From NCBI GenBank assembly GCA_012519025.1, contig JAAYQZ010000040.1, positions 5,294 to 69,293 of the forward strand: DNA of 64,000 nt, read 5' to 3'. Of the stretch, positions 37,795-48,892 are shown in pieces; position 1 is the first letter of the stretch, and the number at the start of each line of letters is the position of its first letter. The translations under genes were made by a program, and so were the position numbers. The notes beneath the pieces were generated by a model. It saw nothing but the letters and a program-made list of their open reading frames with translations, did not search any database and was not told the origin of the DNA. Source of the DNA: Bacillota bacterium. Lineage in GTDB: Bacteria > Bacillota > Limnochordia > DTU087.

Positions 37795-39193
37795 GGTGCA
37801 AAGCCCCGCTTCCTACATCCCATGCAGCTTCCATAATAGCTTCAGGCAGAGTGGGGTGGGCGTGGATAGTATCTGTGACATCATCGGCGGTCAGCCCGTG
37901 GCGAACAGCTAAAGTTATCTCACTAATTAGATCAGTGGCACCTGGGCCTACAACAGCACCGCCCAATAGAACGTTCGTTTTTTTATGGGCGATCAGTTTG
38001 ACAAACCCGCGACTGTTGCCAAGAGCCAAGGCTTTACCATTGCCGGCAAAGGGAAACCGACCAACTCTAATGGGTATCTCGTTGTCATGGGCTTCTTGTT
38101 CGCTTAGTCCAACTGACGCGATCTCAGGATCAGTAAAAATGGCGTTGGGCACAGCCTTATAATCCATTTTGTGTTCCCTACCCATAATGTTGTTGACAGC
38201 GACAATTGCTTGATGGGAGGCGACATGGGCCAGCATCATACCTCCTGTGACATCCCCAATGGCATAGATATGCCTGATGTTTGTCTGCATTAGATCGTTG
38301 ACTGCAATGGCGCCGCTTCTTGCCTGAAGTTCTATACCGATCTCCTCGGCCCCTAAGCCTTTTGAGAAAGGACGACGTCCGACTGCCATAAGCACTTTTT
38401 CCGCTTCAATACTGGGCATGGGTTCGCCGGAAGCAACATTTTTGAAGTGTATTAACGCACCGCCTTCTGCTGTTTTCTCCATGGCTGTGACCTGTGAGCC
38501 GGTATGGAGTTTCACTCCGGCCATGCGCAGGTTGCGTTCTACATCTTGTGTCAGATCTCTATCTAAAAGTGCCAGAACATCATCTAGATATTCAAGCAAG
38601 GTTACTTCTACGCCCAACCTTGCAAACATAGAGGCAAACTCCATGCCGATGACTCCTGCACCGATGATAGCAAGGCTTTTGGGTAGTTCTGTCATTGCCA
38701 GGGCTTCTTCGCTGCCCATGACAAAGCTTTCTTCTGCACCGGGTATAGGCAGTTCGGTGGGCTGGGAACCTGTGGCTGCAATTATATGTTTGGCCCGGAT
38801 TTGGGTCTGGCTATCTGTTTGTTGGATTTTTATAGTATGTGCATCAACAAATTGTCCCAACCCCTTAAAGGTAGTTACACCGTTGTTCGTAAGAAGAGAC
38901 TGCACTCCCCGCACCAAACCGGTAACGATTCTATCCTTGCGGCTGACCATGCGGGCGTAATCAAAGTCGATATTTTCTGCCGAACACGCATAGCGTCTGG
39001 CTTCCTGCATGGTTTTGTAGACTTCAGTTGTGCGGATCAAAGCCTTTGTCGGGATGCATCCCCGGTTGAGACAGGTACCTCCTTCTTTGTCTTTTTCAAT
39101 CAGTGCGACTTTAGCACCCTGCCTGGCACCGTAAATGGCTGCCACATATCCCCCCGGACCCGCCCCGATAACAGCAATATCAAATTCCTGCAT
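37784..39193 (-). CDS. lpdA: Dihydrolipoyl dehydrogenase (E3 component)
   Basis: FAD motif GAGPGGY and the redox-active disulfide GGTCLNRGCIPTK. NAD-binding and dimerisation domains are present. Confidence 0.9.
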   Translation of the reverse strand: MQEFDIAVIGAGPGGYVAAIYGARQGAKVALIEKDKEGGTCLNRGCIPTKALIRTTEVYKTMQEARRYACSAENIDFDYARMVSRKDRIVTGLVRGVQSLLTNNGVTTFKGLGQFVDAHTIKIQQTDSQTQIRAKHIIAATGSQPTELPIPGAEESFVMGSEEALAMTELPKSLAIIGAGVIGMEFASMFARLGVEVTLLEYLDDVLALLDRDLTQDVERNLRMAGVKLHTGSQVTAMEKTAEGGALIHFKNVASGEPMPSIEAEKVLMAVGRRPFSKGLGAEEIGIELQARSGAIAVNDLMQTNIRHIYAIGDVTGGMMLAHVASHQAIVAVNNIMGREHKMDYKAVPNAIFTDPEIASVGLSEQEAHDNEIPIRVGRFPFAGNGKALALGNSRGFVKLIAHKKTNVLLGGAVVGPGATDLISEITLAVRHGLTADDVTDTIHAHPTLPEAIMEAAWDVGSGALHLAD

Positions 39194-39229
39194 GATGAAA
39201 TCATCCTTTCTTTTTTCAAAGGACGTCTG

Positions 39230-39877
39230 TCATAGATTTTCTCTGCCTTCAACACTGCCGACCAGCTGTTTTGCGGCTTTTTTGATTGCTCCATAGTCTT
39301 TATCGGCAACAGCTTGAGCAGGAACCAAAGAACCGCCTACACCCACAGCTGCAGAGCCGGCATCAAGATATGCTTTAGCATTTGCTTTGGAAATGCCGCC
39401 TGTTGCCATCAAAGGAATATGGCCCAAAGGACCTTTTAGGCTTTTGAAAAACCCTGGACCCAGCACATCGGCGGGAAATACTTTTACATAATCAGCACCT
39501 TGGGTATAAGCTGTGAGGATCTCTGTTGGTGTCATTGCCCCCGGTATTACCGGTTTGCCGTAACGCAGACAAACTTCCATAGTGCTTCGGTTCAAGGTGG
39601 GAGTGACGATGAAATCCGCACCCGCTAAAATCATGATGCGAGCCGTCTCCCCATCCAACACTGTTCCCACCCCCACAGCCACAGTGTCGGGAAGTTTGCT
39701 TTTTACATCTTCGATGATGGAGGCAATTTGCGGTGTCTCCGCAGTGAACTCCAAAACCTTAAGACCGCCTTCAACTAATGCATTGGCTGTGTGATAAGCA
39801 GAGTGTTTAGGCACCTTGCGCACAATGCCCACAATCTTCGTCTCTTCAATGAGTTTAAGCACACATTGCTTTTCCAT
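39230..39877 (-). CDS. eda: KDPG/KHG aldolase (Eda)
   Basis: Eda-family TIM-barrel motifs (EFTAETP, KVFPA). Confidence 0.75.
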   Translation of the reverse strand: MEKQCVLKLIEETKIVGIVRKVPKHSAYHTANALVEGGLKVLEFTAETPQIASIIEDVKSKLPDTVAVGVGTVLDGETARIMILAGADFIVTPTLNRSTMEVCLRYGKPVIPGAMTPTEILTAYTQGADYVKVFPADVLGPGFFKSLKGPLGHIPLMATGGISKANAKAYLDAGSAAVGVGGSLVPAQAVADKDYGAIKKAAKQLVGSVEGRENL

Positions 39878-39908
39878 ATAGTATTACCCCCCTTTTCTAT
39901 ATGCAAAC

Positions 39909-39950
39909 CCTAACAAAAAAGCGGCCCTCGCCTGTGGCTAAAGACCGCTG
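39909..39950 (-). terminator. Rho-independent terminator after rpsI
   Basis: A GC-rich stem (AGCGGUCUUUAGCCACAGGCGAGGGCCGCU) followed by UUUUUUGUU. Confidence 0.55.
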
Positions 39951-39970
39951 GATAACATGTAGTCTGATGA

Positions 39971-40369
39971 TTATCGTTTGGAGAACTGAGGAGCCCGGCG
40001 TGCTTTTCTCAAGCCGTACTTATGACGCTCCTTCATTCTGGGATCCCTGGTCAAGTATCCGGCTCGTTTCAGCACAGAGCGCAGATCCGCGTCATATTCC
40101 AAAAGGGCTCTGGCTATACCGTGGCGAATGGCTCCGGCCTGTCCGGACTTTCCACCTCCGCCGACGTTCACCAAAATATCGAATTTACCCTCTGTTTCCG
40201 TTAAGGCTAACGGCTGACGACAAATGGTTTTCAAGACGTCACGGTCGAAATATTCGTCCATGGTCCGTTTGTTTATATTAAAGTTGCCGGTCCCCGGTCT
40301 GAGGTAAACACGGGCAACAGAGTGCTTTCTTCTACCTGTACCATAATACTGATTTAATTCTCTGGCCAC
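39971..40369 (-). CDS. rpsI: 30S ribosomal protein S9
   Basis: Similar to uS9 along its whole length; ends with ...RRAPQFSKR. Confidence 0.95.
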   Translation of the reverse strand: MARELNQYYGTGRRKHSVARVYLRPGTGNFNINKRTMDEYFDRDVLKTICRQPLALTETEGKFDILVNVGGGGKSGQAGAIRHGIARALLEYDADLRSVLKRAGYLTRDPRMKERHKYGLRKARRAPQFSKR

Positions 40370-40440
40370 CTATCTGTCCCTCCTTTCAGCTGTTTTGAGT
40401 TTATCTTTAACCAAATCAACCCAGCCAATCTTTGGGCAAT

Positions 40441-40893
40441 TTATTTGACAGCTTCCTCAACCTCGAGAGGCTCGGGCATTTGCGCTGCGTGGGGATGATC
40501 CGGTCCGGCGTAGACTTTTAACTTAGTCAGCTGTTGTCTGGACAACTTGTTTTTGGGCAGCATGCCCCAAACAGTTTTGCGGATGACCTCTTCCGGTCTG
40601 GTTTCAAGCATTCTGTCAACTGAAGTGACGCGCAGGCCACCGGGGTAACCGGTATGCCGGCGATATACCTTCTGTTCCCGTTTTTTACCGGTAAGCAGTA
40701 CCTTTTCGGCATTCACCACTATGACAAAATCCCCAGTATCCATATGGGGTGTAAATTGCGGTTTGTGTTTACCGCGCAAGATATTGGCGATCTGGCCGGC
40801 AAGCCGACCCAACACCTTATCTTTCGCATCGATAACAACCCACTTTCTATCGATGTTACTGGGTTTAGCCATATATGTTTTTCCATCTTTCAT
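40441..40893 (-). CDS. rplM: 50S ribosomal protein L13
   Basis: Similar to uL13. An AAGGGGGAAAGG RBS precedes [11 protein letters not shown]. Confidence 0.9.
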   Translation of the reverse strand: MKDGKTYMAKPSNIDRKWVVIDAKDKVLGRLAGQIANILRGKHKPQFTPHMDTGDFVIVVNAEKVLLTGKKREQKVYRRHTGYPGGLRVTSVDRMLETRPEEVIRKTVWGMLPKNKLSRQQLTKLKVYAGPDHPHAAQMPEPLEVEEAVK

Positions 40894-41041
40894 TGCCTTT
40901 CCCCCCTTTGCGAACACAGTTATCTAATACCCAGTCTCGAACTGTGACGCAGCGGCCGGGGCTGGTACCGCAGCGAGAAGTCAAGAACCGGTGATTATTC
41001 AAGTTTACCGTATCCAATTCTAATACAGGCCATTAGCAGTG

Positions 41042-41821
41042 TCAAGCATTTCCGAAAAGCCGTTCATCATCATAATAGACTTCCAGTAGATAAAGTCCGT
41101 GGGCCGGTGCTGTGGGCCCGGCTTTTGTCCGATCCCGGGCCTTTAGGATATCTGCCACACAGCCAGGCTGCCGTTTCCCCCTGCCGACCTCTACCAATGT
41201 CCCCACTATGTTGCGCACCATATTGTACAAAAACCCGTCAGCCTTTATGGTAATTGTAATGCTGCTGCCTGAAGCGATGACATCCAGTTGAAAAACAGTT
41301 CTCACCGATGTGCGGGCAGAACTGCCGCTGGTGCGAAAAGAGGCAAAATCATGGGTACCCACCAACGCCGCGGCCGCTTTTTGCATTTTCGCTGTATCCA
41401 AGTCATGGGGTACATGGTAGGCATAACAGCGCCTGAATACACTGGGTGTTGGTTGATTATCGATCACATACTGGTAGGTCTTGGCAACGGCATCATAACA
41501 AGCATGGAAATCGGTCTGCACGTATTCTGCCTCTTGGATGCGAATATCCCGAGGCAGTGCACTATTTAGTGCTTTTGGCAGTTTGTCTATGGGTATGCGG
41601 CTGGAGGTCTGGAAGTTTATAACCTGTCCCAGTGCATGGGTACCGGCATCAGTACGGCCAGAACCCGTAACCCGAACTTTCTCTTGGCAAATGCGCCAAA
41701 CTGCCTCTTCCAACTTACTTTGGATAGTGGGCAAATGCGGATCTTCTTGTGTTTGGAAGCCGTGGTATGCCGTACCATCATATTCAACTAAAAGCCGCAC
41801 ATTCTTCTTGTTGCCATCCAT
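41042..41821 (-). CDS. truA: tRNA pseudouridine(38-40) synthase
   Basis: The catalytic-Asp motif RTDAGVHA. The N-terminus VRLLVEYDGTAYHGFQ is as expected. Confidence 0.85.
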   Translation of the reverse strand: MDGNKKNVRLLVEYDGTAYHGFQTQEDPHLPTIQSKLEEAVWRICQEKVRVTGSGRTDAGTHALGQVINFQTSSRIPIDKLPKALNSALPRDIRIQEAEYVQTDFHACYDAVAKTYQYVIDNQPTPSVFRRCYAYHVPHDLDTAKMQKAAAALVGTHDFASFRTSGSSARTSVRTVFQLDVIASGSSITITIKADGFLYNMVRNIVGTLVEVGRGKRQPGCVADILKARDRTKAGPTAPAHGLYLLEVYYDDERLFGNA

Positions 41822-41868
41822 AGTTACAGCCACCGCCACAGGGAGTTTTCTAAGCCGGGCTGTGTTGT

Positions 41869-42669
41869 TTAGAATGCCCATGCTAAATAGATAATTAAAA
41901 GACCGCTGCCGCTTAAGATGAGATAGTCTGCAGGCCGAAACAGCAGTAAGTTCATTTTTGTGCGCCCTTCACCGCCCCGATAACACCTAGCCTCCATGGC
42001 GATTGCCAATTCATCCGCCCGCCGGAAAGCGCTGACAAACAGCGGGACTAGAAGCGGCAGTAGACTTTTGGCTCGCTGAATCAAATTGCCGGATTCAAAA
42101 TCTGCGCCCCTGGCCATCTGTGCTTTCATGATCTTTTCCGCTTCTTCCAATAGCGTGGGGATAAACCTTAACGCTATAGTCATCATCATGGCCAGCTCAT
42201 GGGCGGGAACACCAATCTTTTTACCGGGCTTGAGTAAACTCTCCAATCCATCTGTCAAGGCGATGGGTGACGTAGTTAAAGTTAGAACAGAAGTACCTAC
42301 AATTAGAAGAATAAGCCTAAGCGCAAGCATGCTTCCTCTAAAAAGCCCTTCTTTTGTGAGTACAAGGAAGCCAAGCTGCCAAATGGGATCTCCTTCTGTC
42401 ATAAAAGAATTTAAGACAAATGTTAAGATTACGATTGCGATCACCGGTCGCAAACCCCTAAATATAAACCGGGGTGAGATTGTGGATGTAGCTATGGCAA
42501 GCCCGATCAAGACAGCTGCAATTCCGTAGCCTGAGAAACTATCAATAAAAAACAAACCGACAACTAAAAAGAGTGTGACCAGAATTTTTGTGCGGGGATC
42601 AAGCCGATGCACAAGGGAATCTCCCGGGACATACTGGCCAATGGTGATGTTTCTAAACACAGCCATCAC
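41869..42669 (-). CDS. ecfT: ECF transporter transmembrane (T) component
   Basis: Conserved position after ecfA1 and ecfA2. A transmembrane protein with Ala-Arg-Gly coupling helices. Confidence 0.8.
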   Translation of the reverse strand: MMAVFRNITIGQYVPGDSLVHRLDPRTKILVTLFLVVGLFFIDSFSGYGIAAVLIGLAIATSTISPRFIFRGLRPVIAIVILTFVLNSFMTEGDPIWQLGFLVLTKEGLFRGSMLALRLILLIVGTSVLTLTTSPIALTDGLESLLKPGKKIGVPAHELAMMMTIALRFIPTLLEEAEKIMKAQMARGADFESGNLIQRAKSLLPLLVPLFVSAFRRADELAIAMEARCYRGGEGRTKMNLLLFRPADYLILSGSGLLIIYLAWAF

Positions 42670-43574
42670 TTATACACCCCTTTGCTCGATCCCTTGCCTG
42701 CCCCACTGCTTTTGGCGCCTGTTTCTTTTGATGCCAGGGCTTCAAGGATAGCAGCTTCCGCCGCTTCGATAGTTAATACACTGGCCGGCAGTGACCAGCC
42801 TCTTTCCCTTAATCGCTGCATCAATAGGGTCATATCCGGCACCCCCAGGCCGATACCCTGCAGTTTTTCACTATCTACAAAGATCTTTTCCGGGGAGCCT
42901 TCCATGGCTATACCACCATTTTCCATAACCACAAGCCGCTTTGCTATTTTTGCCACCTCGGCCATGTTGTGAGACACAAAAACCACGGTGAGGGCCCGCT
43001 CTTTGTGCAGTCTGAGAATTTGCCCCAATAGGTCTTCTCTGCTGCGGGGATCCAAACCGGCTGTAGGCTCATCTAAAACAATCACCGATGGTTCCATTGC
43101 CAACACACCGGCAATGGCCACTCGCCTTTTTTCACCACCGCTCAATTCAAAGGGAGAGCGGTCAGCAAAGCCTTCGTCTAAATCAACGCTTTTTAGCGCC
43201 CGTCTCACACGGTCTTCCAATTCTTCCCCTGTGATTCCGGCGTTGCGGGGCCCAAATGCCACGTCTTCCCAGACAGTTTCTTCAAACAGCTGGTGCTCAG
43301 GATATTGAAAGACAAGCCCCACCTTGCGTCTTACGTCTCTAAGGCTGACTCCTTTTTGGCTTAGATCTACACCATCAATTCTAACGGTGCCTTTAGTAGG
43401 ACGCAAAAGGCCGTTGAAGTGCTGGACAAGGGTGGATTTTCCTGACCCTGTGTGGCCAATAATGGCGATAATCTCCCCATCTTCAATAGTGAGATTAATG
43501 TTTTTGAGTGCATCTTGAGCAAAGGGAGTACCGGCATTATAGATATGGGTTAAATCCCTGATCTCAATTGACAT
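42666..43574 (-). CDS. ecfA2: ECF transporter ATPase
   Basis: Walker A GHTGSGKST, the ABC signature and a Q-helix. The gene's stop overlaps the start of ecfT by 4 nt. Confidence 0.85.
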   Translation of the reverse strand: MSIEIRDLTHIYNAGTPFAQDALKNINLTIEDGEIIAIIGHTGSGKSTLVQHFNGLLRPTKGTVRIDGVDLSQKGVSLRDVRRKVGLVFQYPEHQLFEETVWEDVAFGPRNAGITGEELEDRVRRALKSVDLDEGFADRSPFELSGGEKRRVAIAGVLAMEPSVIVLDEPTAGLDPRSREDLLGQILRLHKERALTVVFVSHNMAEVAKIAKRLVVMENGGIAMEGSPEKIFVDSEKLQGIGLGVPDMTLLMQRLRERGWSLPASVLTIEAAEAAILEALASKETGAKSSGAGKGSSKGVYK

Positions 43575-44473
43575 AAAGCTGTCACCATCTCATCTACAGT
43601 TAATAAGTCACCGGGGAATTCCCGCAATCTGGACCTGAGCCTGGCGGCCAACTCCACAATCGGCGGTACATCCAACCGCAATTTTCGCAGAAGTTCCATC
43701 TTTTGGAAGACATCTGCCGGTGGACCCTGCAAAACGATCCTGCCTTCATCCATAACGACTACGCGTTTGGCTCTGACTGCTTCATCCATGAAATGAGTTA
43801 TTAAAATAACGGTTATCCCTTCGGTTTCGTTTAACATTTGAACTGTATCCAAAACTTCTTGACGTCCGATAGGATCCAGCATAGCGGTGGGTTCATCTAG
43901 TACCAGGCATTTGGGCCGCATGGCGATTACTCCGGCAATGGCCACCCTTTGCTTTTGCCCTCCGGACAAGTTGTGAGGAGCCGCCTTGGCATATTCAGAC
44001 ATCCCTACGATACCAAGGGCTTCATCAACTCGCTCCCTAATCACATGCTGTTTGAGACCGAGGTTTTCCGGTCCAAAAGCGACATCTTCTTCAACAGTTG
44101 TAGCTACAATCTGGTTATCCGGATTCTGGAAGACCATGCCGACCATCTGTCGTATTTTCCAAAAGTTTTCTTCTTCATGAGTGTTCATATCTGCGATCCA
44201 CACATCACCGACAGAAGGCAGCAAAAGGCCGTTTAGGTGCTTGGCTAAAGTAGATTTACCGGAGCCGTTGTGGCCTAAAACAGCCACAAACTCACCCTCA
44301 GCAATCGTCAAATCCACTTCAGTTAATGCAGCCTCTTCTTGTCCTTGTCCTTTTGGATAAGAGTAAGACACCTTTTCAACTTCTATAAAACTCCTTTGCC
44401 CCACCTGGCATTCCCTCCCCGTCGCGGCCAACCCAGTCAAATATGACGGCAGGCCAATTGGCAGGTCTCCCAA
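43550..44473 (-). CDS. ecfA1: ECF transporter ATPase. The start is uncertain: the conserved N-terminus IEVEKVSYSY lacks a nearby canonical start.
   Basis: Walker A GHNGSGKST and the LSGGQKQR signature. The long ORF runs to 44473, whereas the expected start is near 44395. Confidence 0.8.
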   Translation of the reverse strand: MGDLPIGLPSYLTGLAATGRECQVGQRSFIEVEKVSYSYPKGQGQEEAALTEVDLTIAEGEFVAVLGHNGSGKSTLAKHLNGLLLPSVGDVWIADMNTHEEENFWKIRQMVGMVFQNPDNQIVATTVEEDVAFGPENLGLKQHVIRERVDEALGIVGMSEYAKAAPHNLSGGQKQRVAIAGVIAMRPKCLVLDEPTAMLDPIGRQEVLDTVQMLNETEGITVILITHFMDEAVRAKRVVVMDEGRIVLQGPPADVFQKMELLRKLRLDVPPIVELAARLRSRLREFPGDLLTVDEMVTALCQLRSGI

Positions 44474-44570
44474 CCTGCCCCAAGGAACGAAAAAGCGACG
44501 CAGAGGATAGCTCCTCTGCGACCTCTATCTGCCCACCACTATACCACTATGCAGACTATACAAGATTTCA

Positions 44571-44915
44571 TTAGACCAATGCCACAATACTTAGAGGTGC
44601 CCCGTCACCCCGCCTGGGTCCCACTTTGACAATGCGGGTATATCCGCCATTGCGGTCATTGTATCGAGGAGCAATATCGGCGAAGAGTTTCTGCACGGCT
44701 TCCGGCCGCCCCAGGAAGGATGCAGCTTGTCGCCTGGCGTGCAGGTCGCCCTGTTTGCCCAGGGTAATCATTTGATCTACCAGGGGCTTAACTGCCTTTG
44801 CTTTTGTATCTGTTGTTTGGATTTCTTCTTCCAATATTACAGCCGCTACCAAGTTGCGCAGCATGGCTCGCCTGTGGTCGGCAGACCGCCCAAACTTTGC
44901 CTTCTTCATGCCCAC
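44571..44915 (-). CDS. rplQ: 50S ribosomal protein L17
   Basis: Similar to bL17 and follows rpoA. Confidence 0.9.
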   Translation of the reverse strand: MGMKKAKFGRSADHRRAMLRNLVAAVILEEEIQTTDTKAKAVKPLVDQMITLGKQGDLHARRQAASFLGRPEAVQKLFADIAPRYNDRNGGYTRIVKVGPRRGDGAPLSIVALV

Positions 44916-44955
44916 ACCTTCTTTCTCTTCCGGAACATAAACCTATCTATCTTGC

Positions 44956-45903
44956 TTAATCTTCGGATTCACGCAAGGTTAAACCCAAAGTGGCTAATTT
45001 GTCTTTAACTTCTTGGAGAGATTTTTTGCCGAGGTTTCTGACTTTCATCATATCCTCTTCTGTCTTGCGAGTTAATTCTTCGACACTGTCGACACCCGCC
45101 CGCTTAAGACAGTTGTATGACCGCACAGAAAGATCCAATTCTTCAATGGCCATTTCAAGCACACGATCTTTCTCTTCCTCTTCTTTCTCCACCATAATCT
45201 CCAAATCATGGCCGCCATCTGTCAGCTCAATAAACAGCTTCAGATGCTCAGTCACAATTTTTGCAGCTAGGGTAATGGCCTCATCCGGGGATATGCTGCC
45301 GTCTGTCCAAATCTCTAAAATCAGCCGATCATAGTCGGTAACCTGACCAACCCTGGTGTCCTCCACCGTGTAGTTCACCCGATGAACCGGTGTGAAAATT
45401 GAATCCACTGGGATGGAACCGATTGGGTTATTGGGATCTTTGTTGCGTTCGGCAGGAACATAGCCCCGTCCCTTGGCCAGTTCTATTTCCATCATCAGAC
45501 GTCCATTTGCATCAAGTGTAGCTATGTGCAAATCCGGATTCACGATCTCCACATCTGCACCATGAATGATGTCTTTGGCCAGGACTTCGCCTTCCCCTTC
45601 GGCTTCGATCCTAACGGTCATCGACTCATCCGTGTGCATCCTAACCACCAATTCCTTGAGATTAAGGACTATATCTGTAGTGTCTTCCACTACCCCTTCC
45701 ACGGTGGAGAATTCGTGCAACACTCCGTCGATCTTGATAGAGGTCACAGCCGCACCCGGTAAAGATGACAGCAAAACTCGGCGCAATGAGTTCCCTAGGG
45801 TAATTCCGTATCCTCTTTCCAGTGGTTCTACTACATATTTGCCATAAGATTCACTGGAATCGACACACTCAATTTTGGGCCTTTCTATCTCGATCATGTG
45901 CAA
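44956..45903 (-). CDS. rpoA: DNA-directed RNA polymerase subunit alpha
   Basis: The N-terminal dimerisation/assembly domain and the C-terminal alphaCTD ([13 protein letters not shown]). Confidence 0.95.
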   Translation of the reverse strand: MHMIEIERPKIECVDSSESYGKYVVEPLERGYGITLGNSLRRVLLSSLPGAAVTSIKIDGVLHEFSTVEGVVEDTTDIVLNLKELVVRMHTDESMTVRIEAEGEGEVLAKDIIHGADVEIVNPDLHIATLDANGRLMMEIELAKGRGYVPAERNKDPNNPIGSIPVDSIFTPVHRVNYTVEDTRVGQVTDYDRLILEIWTDGSISPDEAITLAAKIVTEHLKLFIELTDGGHDLEIMVEKEEEEKDRVLEMAIEELDLSVRSYNCLKRAGVDSVEELTRKTEEDMMKVRNLGKKSLQEVKDKLATLGLTLRESED

Positions 45904-45935
45904 AACCCTCCTTCACAGGAAGCAGCCAAGCTGAT

Positions 45936-46562
45936 TTATCGGGAGTAAAACTCAACAATTAAGTGCTCCTGTATGGAAATATCCATCTGTTCACGGGTAG
46001 GCACAGCAAGGATTCTACCTTCCATTTGCTCAAGATTTGCATCAAGCCATTCAGGAAAAGTTCGTCCTTCAGCAGCCTCAATGTTGGCTCGCACGAGCTG
46101 CATATCTCGGCTATTCTCCCGTACAGTAATAACGTCGCCTACCTTCACCTCAAATGAGGGTATATCAGTCTTTTGTCCGTTAACAGCAAAATGTCCGTGC
46201 ATGACTAACTGCCTGGCTTGGGCCCTAGAGGATGCAAAACCCATCCGATAAACTATATTATCCAGCCTCAGTTCCAAAAGCCGCAGCAAGTTTTCGCCTG
46301 TGATCCCGGACTGCCGGGACGCACGGTCATAATATCTTCTGAATTGACGCTCCAAAACTCCGTAAATACGGCGCAGCTTCTGCTTTTCACGCAAGTGAAG
46401 CCCGTATTCCGATTCCTTTTGCCGTCCCTGACCGTGTTGGCCGGGAGGGTAGGAACGTCTTTCTATTGCGCATTTATCAGTATAACACCGGTCGCCCTTA
46501 AGGAAGAGCTTCTCGCCTTCCCGTCGGCACAACCGGCAAACAGGTCCGGTATACCTGGCCAT
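45936..46562 (-). CDS. rpsD: 30S ribosomal protein S4
   Basis: An N-terminal CxxC...C zinc motif and the S4 domain. Confidence 0.95.
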   Translation of the reverse strand: MARYTGPVCRLCRREGEKLFLKGDRCYTDKCAIERRSYPPGQHGQGRQKESEYGLHLREKQKLRRIYGVLERQFRRYYDRASRQSGITGENLLRLLELRLDNIVYRMGFASSRAQARQLVMHGHFAVNGQKTDIPSFEVKVGDVITVRENSRDMQLVRANIEAAEGRTFPEWLDANLEQMEGRILAVPTREQMDISIQEHLIVEFYSR

Positions 46563-46636
46563 AGAATGCCAACACCTCCACTATTAAATAAACACCATGT
46601 CCTGTATAGTTTTCCTAATTGTACCAAATTCATGCA

Positions 46637-47032
46637 TTACACTCGGCGACGCTTCGGCGGGCGGCAGCCGTTGTGGGGAATGGGGGTCACATCCCTGATC
46701 ATGTTCACATCCAACCCTGCCCCCTGCAGTGAACGAATAGCTGCCTCCCGTCCGGCACCCGGCCCTTTTACGAAAACTTCCACTTCCCGCATTCCGTGCT
46801 CCATGGCAGCTTTAGCTGCGCTCTCGGCAGCCAGGCCTGCGGCAAAAGGAGTGCTTTTGCGAGAGCCTTTAAAGCCCATGTGGCCGGAACTGGCCCAAGA
46901 CACCACATTACCGTGTCTATCACAGATAGTTACGATTGTATTATTAAAAGTGGAGCGAATATGGGCAACCCCACTGGGAATGTTCTTGCGCTCACGTCTG
47001 CGAGCTCTTGCACCTCGTCTGGGTCTAGCCAT
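46637..47032 (-). CDS. rpsK: 30S ribosomal protein S11
   Basis: Similar to uS11. Confidence 0.95.
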   Translation of the reverse strand: MARPRRGARARRRERKNIPSGVAHIRSTFNNTIVTICDRHGNVVSWASSGHMGFKGSRKSTPFAAGLAAESAAKAAMEHGMREVEVFVKGPGAGREAAIRSLQGAGLDVNMIRDVTPIPHNGCRPPKRRRV

Positions 47033-47053
47033 AAATCCCTACCTCCTTCCTTC

Positions 47054-47422
47054 CTATCGCCTTCTACTGGCAGCGCCACGCTTCGGTCCTTTGCGGGTCC
47101 GGGCGTTGGTTCTTGTCCGTTGCCCTCTCACAGGCAAACCGCGGCGATGTCTATAACCTCTGTATGATCCAATATCCATCAGACGTTTGATGTTTTGAGC
47201 AGTTTCCCGTCTTAAGTCGCCTTCTACCGTATATTCTCTATCGATGGTTTCCCGCAGGCGATTGACCTCTTCCTCGGTCAGGTCTCTCACTCTGGTATCG
47301 GGATTCACATTAGCTTTAGCAAGAATTTCCAAGGAGCAGGAACGACCAATCCCATAGATATAGGTTAGAGCCACTTCCACCCGCTTGTCTCTTGGAATAT
47401 CTACACCGGCAATACGAGCCAT
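47054..47422 (-). CDS. rpsM: 30S ribosomal protein S13
   Basis: Similar to uS13. A GGAGGTG RBS is present. Confidence 0.95.
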   Translation of the reverse strand: MARIAGVDIPRDKRVEVALTYIYGIGRSCSLEILAKANVNPDTRVRDLTEEEVNRLRETIDREYTVEGDLRRETAQNIKRLMDIGSYRGYRHRRGLPVRGQRTRTNARTRKGPKRGAASRRR

Positions 47423-47440
47423 CCAATTACACCTCCTACC

Positions 47441-47554
47441 TTACCCCTGTCTTTGCTTATGCTTCGGATTCTCACAAATCACCACGACACGGCCCCTACG
47501 CCGGATGACTTTGCACTTTTCGCAAATAGGCTTTACAGATGGTCTGACTTTTAT
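47441..47554 (-). CDS. rpmJ: 50S ribosomal protein L36 (37 aa). It has only a non-canonical ATA start and is therefore missing from the ORF track.
   Basis: The translation [37 protein letters not shown] is nearly identical to B. subtilis L36. An AGAGGGGGTG SD sits 6 nt upstream of the ATA. Confidence 0.8.
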   Translation of the reverse strand: MKVRPSVKPICEKCKVIRRRGRVVVICENPKHKQRQG

Positions 47555-47568
47555 CGCCAGCACCCCCT

Positions 47569-47787
47569 CTATCTTTTTCGATACACTATGCGGCCCCTAG
47601 TCAAGTCATATGGTGATAGTTCCACCGTCACTTTATCACCGGCCAGGATGCGGATGAAGTTCATGCGCATCTTACCGGAGATATGAGCCAAAACCTTATG
47701 GCCGTTTTCAAGCTCTACTTGAAACATAGCGTTGGGTAAGGCCTCTACTACCGTACCCTCAACTTCGATTACATCTTGTTTGGACAT
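47569..47787 (-). CDS. infA: Translation initiation factor IF-1
   Basis: A 72-aa S1-like OB fold that is highly conserved. Confidence 0.95.
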   Translation of the reverse strand: MSKQDVIEVEGTVVEALPNAMFQVELENGHKVLAHISGKMRMNFIRILAGDKVTVELSPYDLTRGRIVYRKR

Positions 47788-48068
47788 TATCGGTCAACCC
47801 CCCTAACATCGTCTTGCAGTTTCTCCAACGCTTCTCGGATGTCGGCATTGCTTACCGAAACGCTGCCCAATAATTTCGCCCGGATATCCTCGGCCCACAT
47901 ATCCTGCGGACACAAGTGTTTCGGGTTTTTCCTTTTAGGGCACTCTACCCGCCGAGTTTCCCCGTCTGTCACCAGTACTCTATTTTCAGTAAAACCAATA
48001 ACTAGAAACTGTTGACCGGCATCTCGCCCGGCTATGGATGTAGCGAGTTGGCCCACCTGAACATCCAC
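47787..48068 (-). CDS. KOW-domain RNA-binding protein (YbzG-like) between map and infA
   Basis: Synteny with B. subtilis ybzG. A KOW-like motif is present. Confidence 0.6.
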   Translation of the reverse strand: MDVQVGQLATSIAGRDAGQQFLVIGFTENRVLVTDGETRRVECPKRKNPKHLCPQDMWAEDIRAKLLGSVSVSNADIREALEKLQDDVRGVDR

Positions 48069-48101
48069 AAACTCCCCTCCCCAACCTGCATCTAGAGTAT
48101 A

Positions 48102-48848
48102 CTAGATTTTTGTTAAGATGCGGGGACCAGTCTCCGTGACAGCAATCGTGTCTTCAAAATGCGCAGATAGACTTTGATCAGCTGTGACAACGGTCCAATT
48201 ATCAGAGAGGATTTTAACTTCCCAGCCTCCCATATTCACCATGGGCTCGATTGCTAGAGCCATACCCGGCTGCAAGCGAGGGCCTCTGCCCGGCCTGCCG
48301 AAATTGGGAATTTGAGGTGGTTCGTGCATATCTCGACCAATCCCATGTCCTACGAAATCTCTAACGACTGACAGACTTTGGTCCTCAACAAAGCTTTGTA
48401 CAGCGTGGCCTATATCAGAAAGCCTATTGCCAACTGTGGCCGCGGAAATACCGTGTTCCAAAGCCTTTTGGGTCACCCAAAGCAGCCGCTCTGCCTCATT
48501 GGAAATCTCACCAACCGGATAAGTTCGGGCCATATCGCCGTGAAACCCCTCGAGTATAGCGCCGATATCAATACCAATGATGTCACCAGCTTGTAAAACT
48601 TGGGATCCTGGAATACCATGCACAACAACTTCATTGATTGATGCACAAATGCTGGCAGGGAAACCTTGATAGCCTTTAAAGCTGGGAATCCCACCGTGCG
48701 AACGAATATATTCCTCTGCTAGGGCATCCAGGGATCCGGTTGTAATCCCCGGTTTGATGGCGTCGGCCACTGCGGCATGGGTCTTTGCTACCAGTTGGCC
48801 GGCAGCAGCCATAAGCTCTAATTCCCTGTCAGATTTCAGAATAATCAT
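48102..48848 (-). CDS. map: Type I methionine aminopeptidase
   Basis: The MetAP pita-bread fold with metal ligands D, D, H, E and E. Confidence 0.9.
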   Translation of the reverse strand: MIILKSDRELELMAAAGQLVAKTHAAVADAIKPGITTGSLDALAEEYIRSHGGIPSFKGYQGFPASICASINEVVVHGIPGSQVLQAGDIIGIDIGAILEGFHGDMARTYPVGEISNEAERLLWVTQKALEHGISAATVGNRLSDIGHAVQSFVEDQSLSVVRDFVGHGIGRDMHEPPQIPNFGRPGRGPRLQPGMALAIEPMVNMGGWEVKILSDNWTVVTADQSLSAHFEDTIAVTETGPRILTKI

Positions 48849-48892
48849 GTTGGCCTCCGTATCTAAATCCCACTCAAACGAAGCGAGGAATC

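Noticed and set aside
45936-46562. rpsD (S4) placed inside the alpha operon between rpsK and rpoA
   Set aside because: This differs from B. subtilis but is the standard arrangement in Clostridia and E. coli, so it is not unusual.
46218-47156. 312-aa plus-strand ORF spanning rpsD, rpsK and rpsM in antisense
   Set aside because: It is antisense to three highly conserved ribosomal protein genes. The open frame results from GC-rich antisense codons and no domain was recognised.
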